From positions 684,001 to 748,000 of the forward strand of contig MU053504.1 of assembly GCA_013239625.1 (NCBI GenBank): a stretch of DNA of 64,000 bases, written 5' to 3'. Below are positions 54,122 through 64,000 of the stretch, piece by piece. A program made the position numbers and the translations under genes. The notes under the pieces were generated by a model. The model was not told where the DNA came from and made no database searches. It saw nothing but the letters and a program-made list of their open reading frames with translations. Origin of the DNA: Lama guanicoe. Taxonomy: Eukaryota. Every line of letters starts with the position of its first letter. Position 1 is the stretch's first letter.

Positions 54122-54194
54122 CTGTGAGTCCCAGCAGTAGCGCCAGCAGCAGGGAAGGAGGCGGAGGGTGGGGCCAGGAGGCAGGGGTCGGCAT
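54122..54194 (-). CDS. SIRPB1: Gene C leader (signal peptide) exon
   Basis: Encodes MPTPASWPHPPPPSLLLALLLGLT(G), typical of SIRPbeta1/gamma leaders; phase-1 donor CAG|GTGAGC. Confidence 0.92.
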
Positions 54195-54296
54195 CGTGGA
54201 GGCCTGGTGGGACTGCTCTGTCCTAGTGTGTGTCCCGCAGAGAACCCAGATTTCCTTCTTTTGGGGAGAGAAGAGAAGCCCCAGCTCACCCAATAG

Positions 54297-54391
54297 AAGA
54301 GGAAGTGCCTGTGATGGGGTGAAATGTACTGTGAGATCGGAAGCTGCTTCTAGATGCTAGCCAGTTCCTGCTTCAGGTTGTGAAACAGAAA
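54297..54391. promoter_or_regulatory. Candidate promoter of gene C: PU.1 box AAGAGGAAGTG (54297-54307) and ISRE-like GAAACAGAAA (54382-54391)
   Basis: Consensus PU.1 motif about 100 bp upstream of the ATG, at the same position as in gene A. Confidence 0.55.
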
Positions 54392-57300
54392 TCAGGCCGA
54401 GGACGCGGCTCCACTGTGAGGAGTTACTCATCTTAGTTCTTCAGAGAGATTGGACAGGCCTAGGAGAAATAATGCTTCCTCACCACCAACAAAAAAATCA
54501 TTTCCTCTTCTTTCAGGAGAGGAAATATGTTATATGACCTTCAGTTACACTCCCGGGCATTTATCTCCAGGAAATGAAAATTCATGTCTACACAAGACCT
54601 GTTCACTAATGTTACAGCTGATTTCTGTGTAATAGTGCAAAACCACATGCCCCTGAATAAGTGAGTGGTTTAACAAACTGTGGTGTGTCCTTATGAGGAA
54701 ATACTACTGTGCAGTACAAAGGATGAGTTACTTATGTGTGCAACAGTGATTAGTTTCTTGAAGGCGTTATGTTGATGACTAACGGCTTTTTTGAGACTCC
54801 ACTTATAGCATTCTTGAAATTATGTATATAGAGAGAACTGATTGGCATTTGCCAGAGGTTTGGTTTGGTGGGGGTGGACTTCACTGCAAAGGGGTAGCGC
54901 AAGGAAGACCTCTGTCATCCTGGAATGTTCTGCATCCTCACCGTGGTGGTGGTTACAGAAACATACATATGAGGATGAAAATAAGTCAAAGCTGGGAATG
55001 TTATAACCCTCAGCTGTAAATGGCAATCTCACAGTCATTATAACATAGACGCTGACTATTAAGTTCTCCAAAATCATAATCATGTTAGAGTGATGGGGAA
55101 AAGAAAGTGAGCACATGTGGAATGAGGTCATGAGGAACAGAACATGATATCCCCAACTTCCACAGTAGGAAGTCGATTAAAAAGTCCCTAAGAGTTAGAA
55201 GTCAAGAAGTCACAATATGGGCATGAGATCTGGCAGTAAAAGCTAAAATGATCAGTTAAAAGAGTGGAAAATGGTTGCATCTGGGAGTTGGAAAGTGCTG
55301 GAAGGTTAGGGAGACTCCAGTTTTAATCTATAGAACTTGTCGAGCTGTTTGACTCTTCAACCATGAAAGCTAAAAACTAATTTTAGACAGATAGATTAAT
55401 GGTATCAGAATTATTAGTGCTAATTGCACTAGTAAGAGTTTTGTAAATTTTCTAGATTTAAGATTGATGTTCAGATTCAACTACAACATTATACTGTAGT
55501 CAAACCCCACTGAAAACAGCAATAACAACTTCTAGAGATTCCACAAACGAAGTATTAAAGATATCTATAACCGGAGATACATAACACCAAGGTGGAGAAT
55601 ATTGTAAAATTGTACACAAAAGTAATAAAAAGAACCCTAAATAAATAGAGGTATAGCATGTCCATAAAAGGGAAAATTCAATATTTGAAAAGATGTCACT
55701 TTGCCCAAGTTAATATGTAAATTCAATGCAATCACATAATAGTAATAATTCTGAAAGGATTTTTCATGAATTGACAGTGATTCTAAAATGCTTTTGGGCC
55801 AAATAACCATGATAGTTTTAAACAACAGAAAGGGTGAGAAGATATGCCCAACAGAGCTGTCAAAACTTACATTATAAAGCTAGTCTAACTAAGACAGTGT
55901 CGTTTTAACAGAGAGTTGACTAGAGGCTTAATGAAACAAAGACCTCTTAAGAGAACCGCAAATTTGTGGAAACTTGATAAAAGGCACAGGTGACAACGCA
56001 GATCAGTGGGTGCTGGATAATTTATTGTGAAAGAAAAAAAATAAGATCCCTACCATCTATAGAATGCGCGTGTGTGTGTGCGCACACACACACTATACAT
56101 TTACATACATGTGCACATATATGTAGCAAGAAAAAGGCAGAAATGGAAAGAGTTAAATTTGATCAAAAATTTCAAATCTTTTTTTTTTAGATAAGAAAAG
56201 CTCCCAATGACACCTACACAGCTGCTTTGTGGACTAACTGGAGGAAGAAGAGGGACTCTCCCATATGTGCCAAGGAAACAGATAAGAATGTTTGTTGCAA
56301 AGCTGTATGAGCAAAACATTGCATAAAGCTTCAATATTAGTCACAAGGTTTGATACACTGTGGCATATTCTTATAATATAAAACTATAGACCAGAAATTA
56401 ATAAAATGGAGCTACATATACCAAAGTGCATTTATCCTACCATGTAAAGCATAAAAATGAAAAGTTCCCAGATGCTATGTACAGTATCAATAGAATTTAT
56501 ATAAAATTTAAAACATGCAAAGTAATATTACATTCTGCTTAAAATTTTATACGTACGTTGGAAAGGTGTAAAATCATGCTTGAGATTATAAACACCAAAC
56601 TCAGCATAGTATTTTAAGCAGGAAGAGCAGACTATAGCAGCAAAATGTTATAACATTCTACGAATATAGGATGGTAGGTTTTTGGATGTTTTTAATGCTA
56701 TTCTTAACAAATTTGAGAATAGGAAAATGCTTAGTGAGCTTAGTCATTTCAAAATACATTTGCATCAAAATGAAATCAGACTTGCAACAGCTTTAAAAAT
56801 GAAGGGTTGTTCATGATCTGCCTGATTCTCTATGGGGTGGAGGCAGGGCCCGTTTGAAGCTCATCAGGGTCCAGCCATCCCCAAGTTCCCCTGACCAAAA
56901 TCTGTCCTTGACTCAGCTCCAAAGCTCAGAGAGTAGGAACACCAGGAGGGTGTGTGGAAGGGGACATGTGCATGGTGGAGGAGAGTGCAGCAGAGGGAAG
57001 GGCAGGGGTCTCAGGTCACCTGAGGTCCTTAAAGCTTCTTCACCCCACTTGAGCCCTTTGGACAGGGCAGGAGGCAGTGTATGGCACAACATGACAGATC
57101 TGTAGGAAGAATCATTCATTCATTCATGTATTAATTCTGCGAATATTTACTACCACCTACTGTGTGGCAGGCACTCTGCTTGGCCTGGGTTCATGGCGCA
57201 GATCAGAAATGAAGCCCCTACTCATTACACCCCAGCACCTCTTGCTGAGTTCTGAACTCCTCTCATACCCACGTTCATCTTTGCACCTGTCCGCACCTCC

Positions 57301-57708
57301 AAGTCCCATAGGAAGGTTCTATTAGTTGATTATAGCAATACTTTTCTCATTCCTTCCAAGGATAGATCACGTGATAATGAAATCCATAGTAGTTTATGAG
57401 GGTGCTCTTTTGGGTCTTGATCTCAATACTTTGACCTTTATCCCACCTCTACACCTTGGACCCTCACCTTCAGGGTCCCAGAAAACTTAATAGGAAAACT
57501 CTGAAACTCCAGAGCGCTACTCAACGCATGATAGTTGGAAGCCTCTGAGAATTCCAAGATACATTTGGAGAAAATGAGATTTTTCAGAACCTTCCCTTGA
57601 GGCTGGATCATCGGTGTGACTTTGTGCGCTCACTCTGGACTCCTCTTGCCAGCCCAGGAAAGGGGCCCTGATCTCCCTCCCTAAGGACTAAGGCTGCCAT
57701 CAACTCAC

Positions 57709-57816
57709 CTGTTACAGGTTCTGCCACCTGCACATGTAAGACCATGAAACCGATCACCAGCAGCACTTTGAAACCCAGGAGGAAAGCTACAGACATAAGG
57801 GCAGGCATCGCTGGAC
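57709..57816 (-). CDS. Orphan SIRP-beta-type TM exon (Lys), open frame, phase 1/1
   Basis: Acceptor tgttgtcccttag; GPAMPALMSVAFLLGFKVLLVIGFMVLHVQVAEPVT(G); donor CAG|GTGAGT. No stop in frame (an RWQNL* ending lies in another frame). Confidence 0.7.
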
Positions 57817-57922
57817 CTAAGGGACAACAGGCAGAGGAGACAACAAATGGGGCTCTTGGGTGTTAATTCCTCACTCCACCTGGAGACAGAAGTGACCCAG
57901 TTGCTCACAGGATTAGACTTAC

Positions 57923-58243
57923 CTGGGAAGGGGGTTGTCTGTGCTGTGGGCTGCTGCGGACAGTACGAGGCTGGCCTGGGTGGGAGGCTGTGCCTCGTGC
58001 TGCACCTTACAGGTGAGCACACGCTCGGACCCCTGCACCGAGGTGTTCACCAGCTGGAAGCTTTCCAGGGTGTAGGTCCCATCACTGTTCTGCTTCGGTG
58101 TGGGCTGCTCCTCTCCCTGGAACGCACGGCAGTTCTCCATCCAGGTGAGACACATGCTCTGGGGGTAGAATCTCTGCACGTGTCAGTTAACGGCCATCAA
58201 GTCCAAGGCGGGTGAAGCTTGGGACATTGTCACTGCAGGGGAA
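57923..58243 (-). pseudogene. Orphan divergent second-C1-type SIRP exon, disrupted
   Basis: AVN*HVQRFYPQSMCLTWMEN...NSDGTYTLES...LTCKVQHEAQP. TGA replaces the first Cys codon, there is a frameshift just after the acceptor, and the donor falls in phase 2. Confidence 0.85.
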
Positions 58244-60781
58244 CTGGCACAGCCCAGAGAAACCAGACAATGACCGTAGGAAGTTTACAGTGGGCCCCAT
58301 GGTTGGGGGCTGCTCCTTGAGGATGGGTCATCTGCCCAGGGCCTGCCCCAGAGGAGGAGTTAGGTATTGGTTAACCCATGCCTGAATAATATCGCGTGAT
58401 TGAACGTGGGAATGCATGAGTGAATGTGTGTCTGGATGGAAGCATGGAATCATGAAAGAGATCCTAATTTGCCTTTCTTTTCTACTATGGTCCTTAAAGA
58501 CCAAAAGTGACCCTGAGTTCCATGTAAGAACCTATGAACCCTTTGAGTCACTCCATGACTTGATGAAGATTCCTAGACTCTAGTCTTCATGATTCCAAGA
58601 TGCTAATATTTGACATAGGAAGGAATGTAGGTTTGGAGAAGTGAAGTACTGGCACAAGGCCACAGGAGGCAAAACTGGGCTTATAGCAGGGACCGTATGT
58701 TTACCCCGTGCTATTCTGACACCCAAACTGGCAGCCTGTAAGCGTTTATGTTCAAGGCTTCTGAAATTATGATCTAACAACTTCTGGAATTTTTTCCCTA
58801 ACCAGTTTTACAATTCTGCAATAGAATATATTCCTTCCTAGGAAAATTAGGAGGATTAAATAATATAAATAATTAAATAATGTGAGTTAATAATATAAAA
58901 GCTAAATATTTCAGTATAAGTCATAGGAAAGCACAGCTTGGTGCAGTGCTTACACTCAACCAAGGGGTGGCAGAGCCGGATTGTGGCCCCTGCGCTGACA
59001 CCAGTGTGCATTGACCATCAGCAGGCTAAGGTGTGAATCTGCGGGGCACAACCTTTCCGTATGTATATACTCCAATACTTTGTATATTTGTTGCTTCAAA
59101 TGTTCCAGCTTTGTCCATTGTGACCTCTTACTGTTGGTTCCTGAGCGCCTTTGACAAAATCCAGTTAATGATTGGTTTTTGGTTTTTGGGTTTTGGTTTT
59201 TGGTTTTATTTTCTTTTGGTGTTTCCCTTTCTCACTTTTTACAGGTTATTGAATTTTTGATCGGATTTCTAAACACAAAGAAGAGAGGTTATCCTTTAAT
59301 GAAAGAACCTTAGAATACAAGACCCAGGTGATTGAATTAGATAACTTTTATTTGAAATCCAACGTCTAGTGGAAACTCATTCATTCATTTATTAAAATAA
59401 CCATTACTGGCCTCGTATGTGGCGGTCATGTTCTGGCAACTGAGGATTCAGAGTCCCTTCTCATGGAACGGACAGCCTATATGAGGAAGAGACAACATGT
59501 ACATCAGGGTTCGTCTTGCGTGGTGCATGAATTTCAGTTTAGATCAATAGCATGAATCCCCCAACACGCAGTTCAGAATTCACTTACCACAGGAAAGTTA
59601 CTTTGCACAATTGCATCAAGTATAACTGTTTTGCTGACTCTACGTCAGCCCACAGATCACTGTGTACTAACAGATGCTCGTCGTGGTCAGTAACCAATCA
59701 CGTCCATACTTTGAAAGCCTGTAGTAATTGATCACTGTGACTCTTGTTACTCAGCTTCGGCCCAGACAGCAACGTATGTGGACGTGTTGCCCACTGTCTC
59801 CCAGTGATCAATCCATATGAATTTACAAAAATGACTCATTGTAAAAGGGAATTGACGACGAAGACGAGAGTGCAGTGGAGGCATAAAAAGTGGTGATGCT
59901 GGAAGTGACATTCCAACTGAATGTAAGTGGATTAGAGAAGAAATCTCTGACCCTGGGAATGGTACACGCAGACTGTTAGAAAGATTCTAGATACGCATCC
60001 AGGGGAACTTAGTGAAGGCAAACCTACCACGGAAATGAGGGAAATGGTGGTGAGGAAAAGGGTGAAAATGTCCCAGAGGAAGTCACAGCAGCAAATACTT
60101 CAAACTGAAGGAAGTTTTGCGAAGATTCCACGATGTTGAACGTACAGAGCATAAAATGTTGGAAACTGATGCAAATATAGCAAGACGTCTGATAATTCAC
60201 CAAGGCATAAAGAAGATGCTGTTATACTGTAGATTAGACAAGAAGGAGAAAGGAAGCCCTGTTCAAACGTTCGGATAAGATTTTTTGTGCTTGTATGTTT
60301 ACTAATTTTCTTTTTTAGTGATGGTTTTAATATGATATATTTTCATTATCTAAAAATTATGAATAGAGATAAATAAAAATAAATTGAAAATGGCTGAAAA
60401 TACTTCTGATAAGCTTTTATAAAGAAATAAAATTGCTTTAATTCTCAAGGTGTCGAATGTGTCAAACTACATATGATTAGTTTTTCTCCTTTTGTCTGTG
60501 TATTTAAATCTGAAAGGAGGGGAGATTCTAAAGTTTTGAAAAAAGTGTCTCACATCAGAATCATTATTTATACCACTGATTACTGGGATCACTTTTTATG
60601 ACACAGTGTATGCAGTAATTTTTATGGTCCTCTTCTGTGTGAAGTGAGGACCGTCTATGTTCTGTTATGTCAGATGGTAGTAAGTGCTCAAGAAGCAATT
60701 AATCAGGTTAAGAGGACATGGAATGCCAGGGTGAGAGAGGAATTGGTATTTCATACTGGGCCATCTATGGAAGGTACCTTT

Positions 60782-61322
60782 TTTTTTTCATTTTATGTAT
60801 TTATTTTGCTTTTCACTTAATAAACTTCAGCTTTTCCGTATTTTATAATTACTTTGAGTCTATCTGTAACATTGATTTTTTTAACATTTTTTATTGATTT
60901 ATAATCACTTTACAATGTTGTGTCAAATTCCAGTGTTCAGCACAATTTTTCAGTCATTCATGGACATATACACTCATTGTCACATTTTTTTCTCTGTGAC
61001 TTATCATAACATTTTGTGTATATTTCCTTGTGCTATACAGTGTAATCTTGTTTATCTATTCTATAATTTTGAAATCCCAGTCTATCCCTTCCCACCCTCC
61101 ACCCCCCTGACAACCACAAGTCTGTATTCTCTGTCTGTGAGTGTATTTCTGACCTGTATTTACGCTTTGTTTGTTTTTGTTTTTGTTTTTTAGATTCCAC
61201 ATATGAGCGATCTCATATGGTATTTTTCTTTCTCTTTCTGGCTTACTTCATTTAGAATGACATTCTCCAGGAGTATCCATGTTGCTGCAAACGGCATTAT
61301 GTTGTCGGTTTTTGTGGCTGAG
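60782..61322 (-). mobile_element. Young 5'-truncated L1 insertion with 13-bp TSD and an extra 3' segment
   Basis: TSD ggaaggtaccttt at 60769-60781 and 61323-61335; the empty site gaaggtgcctttgatgaagtg is at about 37165 in the paralog. Confidence 0.9.
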
Positions 61323-62939
61323 GGAAGGTACCTTTGATGAAGTGACACGAGCAGAGACTGGTAAGAAGTAGGAGAGTGAAGCAGGCAGGTATGCTGGGGG
61401 AGGAAGCAGAGGAGTGATAGGATTTAACTGACTTTCCCAAAGAATCACTGAGCCTGAAACAAGGAAGCCAGTCAGAGACCACAGCAGTAGTGCAGGAGGA
61501 GTTGGTGGCTGGGACCTGGGAGTCGTGCTCAGGGTGAGAATGTGCCGTTATGCATACAACTGAGTGGTGTGCTGGAGAAGGCTTGGACTAGCTTATGAGA
61601 ACCCACTGTTACCTTTGCAGGAATCCTGCAAGCTGCTTGTTGAAAGTGATGGTAACTTGAAATTGGCCACATTGAGAGTATTTACAGCGAGAAAGTGGTA
61701 AGTCCTACAAATCAGGCTTTCATTTTCTTTTTCCTTCTGGAGAGTCAAATGTTAAAGATTTCTCATCTCACCTCTGGACATCAGCATTTTGAAGGAATAA
61801 GTGAATACGGGATATAAGAGAAGGAGAAAGCAAGGATGACTCTGAGGCTTCTGGACACAGTCTATTTACTGTGAGAGAAGGGTCGGGAAGGACGCAGGAG
61901 GATGGAAGTTCTGGTTCCATCCCAGAGACAGACTGGGAGCTGGAAAAGGCAAGGAAATGGGTTTTCTTCAGGAGCCCTCAGAAGGAGGACCGCCCTGCCG
62001 CCCATAGTAGGCTTCAGGCCTCTACAAATGTGTGACGACAAATTTCTCTTGTGTTAAATCAGTCAATGTGGTAAGTTCTCAGTGGCAGTAAGAAGCTAAT
62101 TCAAGGAGGACAGATGGGACTGAGCAGACGGGCGTGATTTAAGGTGCTTGCTTTCTGTAGGGAAAAGGCAAAGAGAAAGAAGTGATGTTTGGCAATTGAG
62201 TAGGGAAGGGAAAAAGAAAAAAGGAGGGGGGAAGGGATTTAGGTTCCTGAAAAGCAGAAAAGGACCAAACACTTAGAGGATTCAGAACATTTCTCCTACT
62301 ATTAAAACCAAGCAACCAACCAAAAATTCCATTAACATACTGGGTTCTGCTGTCCTAAGAGAGAAGTCCTCTAAGCTAGATACATTGTGAAGACACTCGA
62401 ATACCATAAAAACAAACAGTAAGACTGGCATTTTCACAGCAGACCCACTGGACTCAGGACCGTGGCGGGCCGAGCCCTCAGATGGCCCAGGGAAAGCTGT
62501 GCGTCCCGGGCAGCAGTGTCACATAGGCATCTGACACTTCCCTTTAGCCTGTTAACACGGTTGACCTGAAAGCCACTTCCAGCCTCACGACGCTAGCAGG
62601 CAGGCTGGGTCAGGAACACTGCAGCACGCAGGAGTAATAGCCCTGAGCCCCAGCAGGAGATGGAAGATTTAAAAGCAAATCCAGGACCCTCCGGACAAGA
62701 TCGTGTGGACTCATCTCTCCTGCTCTCCCTGTTCAGTACAAGTTGAACCCTAGAAATGACACAATGGACAGACATGGGCAGAATCTAGGGGGGAAGAGGC
62801 AGCACACTGGCTAGAGGCCCGAGCACAGGAGGAAGAACACCGTGGCCAGGCACCCAGGTCCCTCTCCTAAGTCGCCAGGCACAGGAGGAGACCCAGGCCT
62901 GATACTAGAAAAAAGACAAAGTCTAAATCAATAATCTAA

Positions 62940-63129
62940 NNNNNNNNNNNNNNNNNNNNNNNNNNNNNNNNNNNNNNNNNNNNNNNNNNNNNNNNNNNNN
63001 NNNNNNNNNNNNNNNNNNNNNNNNNNNNNNNNNNNNNNNNNNNNNNNNNNNNNNNNNNNNNNNNNNNNNNNNNNNNNNNNNNNNNNNNNNNNNNNNNNNN
63101 NNNNNNNNNNNNNNNNNNNNNNNNNNNNN
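62940..63129. other. Assembly gap (N run)
   Basis: Run of n characters. Confidence 1.
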
Positions 63130-63360
63130 TAGAATAGATAAACAAGATTACACTGTATAGCACAGGGAAATATACACAAAATGTTATGATAAATCACAGA
63201 GAAAAAAATGTGACAATGAGTGTGTATATGTCCATGAATGACTGAAAAATTGTGCTGAACACTGGAATTTGACACAACACTGTAAAATGATTATGAATCA
63301 ATAAAAAATGTAAAAAAAAAATAAAGTAAAGCATTTACAAGCTTCAGTCCCTTAAAAAAA
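63130..63360 (+). mobile_element. 3' end of a young L1 insertion spanning the gap
   Basis: Reverse complement of the 60876-61060 L1 end; aataatctaa is repeated before the gap and after the poly-A; the paralogous empty site is at about 42236. Confidence 0.85.
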
Positions 63361-64000
63361 AATAATCTAAATCCCTGCACAAAAATGAGATAGGAAGAGC
63401 AAAATAAAGCCAAGGGAAGCACAGAGAAGGAAATAATAAAGAAAAAAATCAATGAAATTGGAAGCAGAAAAATACGACCATCACTGAAACAAGGATTAAT
63501 TTCTTTTAAAAGACCATTAAAATAGAAAGACTTCTAATACCAATGACAAAGAAAAAAGAGTAATGACACCTTTCCAACACCAGGAATGAAACAGGACATC
63601 ACTGCGGACGCCACAGACACCAGAAGGGTAGTAAGGAAATACTGTGAACAGCGGTAGAGAGAGAAATTGGACAGCTTAGAGACAATGGACCAAATACCTC
63701 AAAAAGGACAGCCTACTGCAGTTCACACAATAAGAAATAAATAATCTGAATAGCCCTAGACAATTCAAATTCATTAAAAAAAAAAAAGATTGTTGAGGCC
63801 CAGATGGTGTCACAGGAGAACTCTACCAAGCATTTACAGATGAGTTAAAAACAACTGTGGTGCACAAAAAGCAATGATAAAAGAAATTTTGGAAAATTTG
63901 AATTTCTACTCCAGTTTAGATGATATTGGGGAATTATGGTTGGTTTTTCTGTGAGTCACGGCATAGTTTCTGTGCAAAATCAATGTTCTCAATCATCTGA

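Larger units (their letters stand above)
59099..64000. repeat. Distal copy of the segmental duplication of gene C's 3' region, missing about 3.46 kb
   Basis: Matches 35686-37768, then jumps at 61932 to match 41228-42880. Confidence 0.9.

Noticed and set aside
38939..54194. Calling gene C SIRPA or SIRPG
   Set aside because: The TM has a Lys and a stop follows a few residues later with no ITIM exons, so it is not alpha. SIRPgamma lacks the TM Lys.
62928..63275. ORFs spanning the X run
   Set aside because: Artefacts of translating the N gap.

Overview
Mammalian genomic DNA, most likely camelid (two tRNA-Ala-derived Vic-1-type SINEs; inference). It covers part of the SIRP (signal-regulatory protein) paired-receptor cluster, with all genes on the minus strand and buried in L1, MaLR LTR and Tigger-like repeats. 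Left to right: (A) a SIRP gene with an intact leader (8785-8860) and IgV exon (5436-5789), with no further exons visible; (B) a SIRP-delta-like gene with a leader (29511-29583) and two intact tandem IgV exons (25574-25921, 23316-23666), followed by decayed V, fused C1/C2, Lys-TM and 3'UTR remnants (12.7-17.3 kb); (C) a SIRP-beta1-like gene (leader-V-C1-C1-TM(Lys), 54194 to 38939) whose only visible lesion is a 16-nt frameshifting deletion in the V exon; (D) an orphan pseudogenised C1-type exon plus an open Lys-TM exon (57709-58243); and a duplicate of gene C's 3' region (59.1-64 kb) that lacks the TM exon. Also present: near-identical 520-570 bp tandem duplications (possibly assembly artefacts), L1 insertions with TSDs and apparent 3' transductions, and one N gap. 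No prokaryote-type system, CRISPR array or true RNA gene is supported. The best candidates for novelty are a possibly secreted double-V SIRP-delta-like protein, exon-restricted gene conversion, and TM-exon loss or swapping. All gene models come from splice signals and manual translation, not transcript data.
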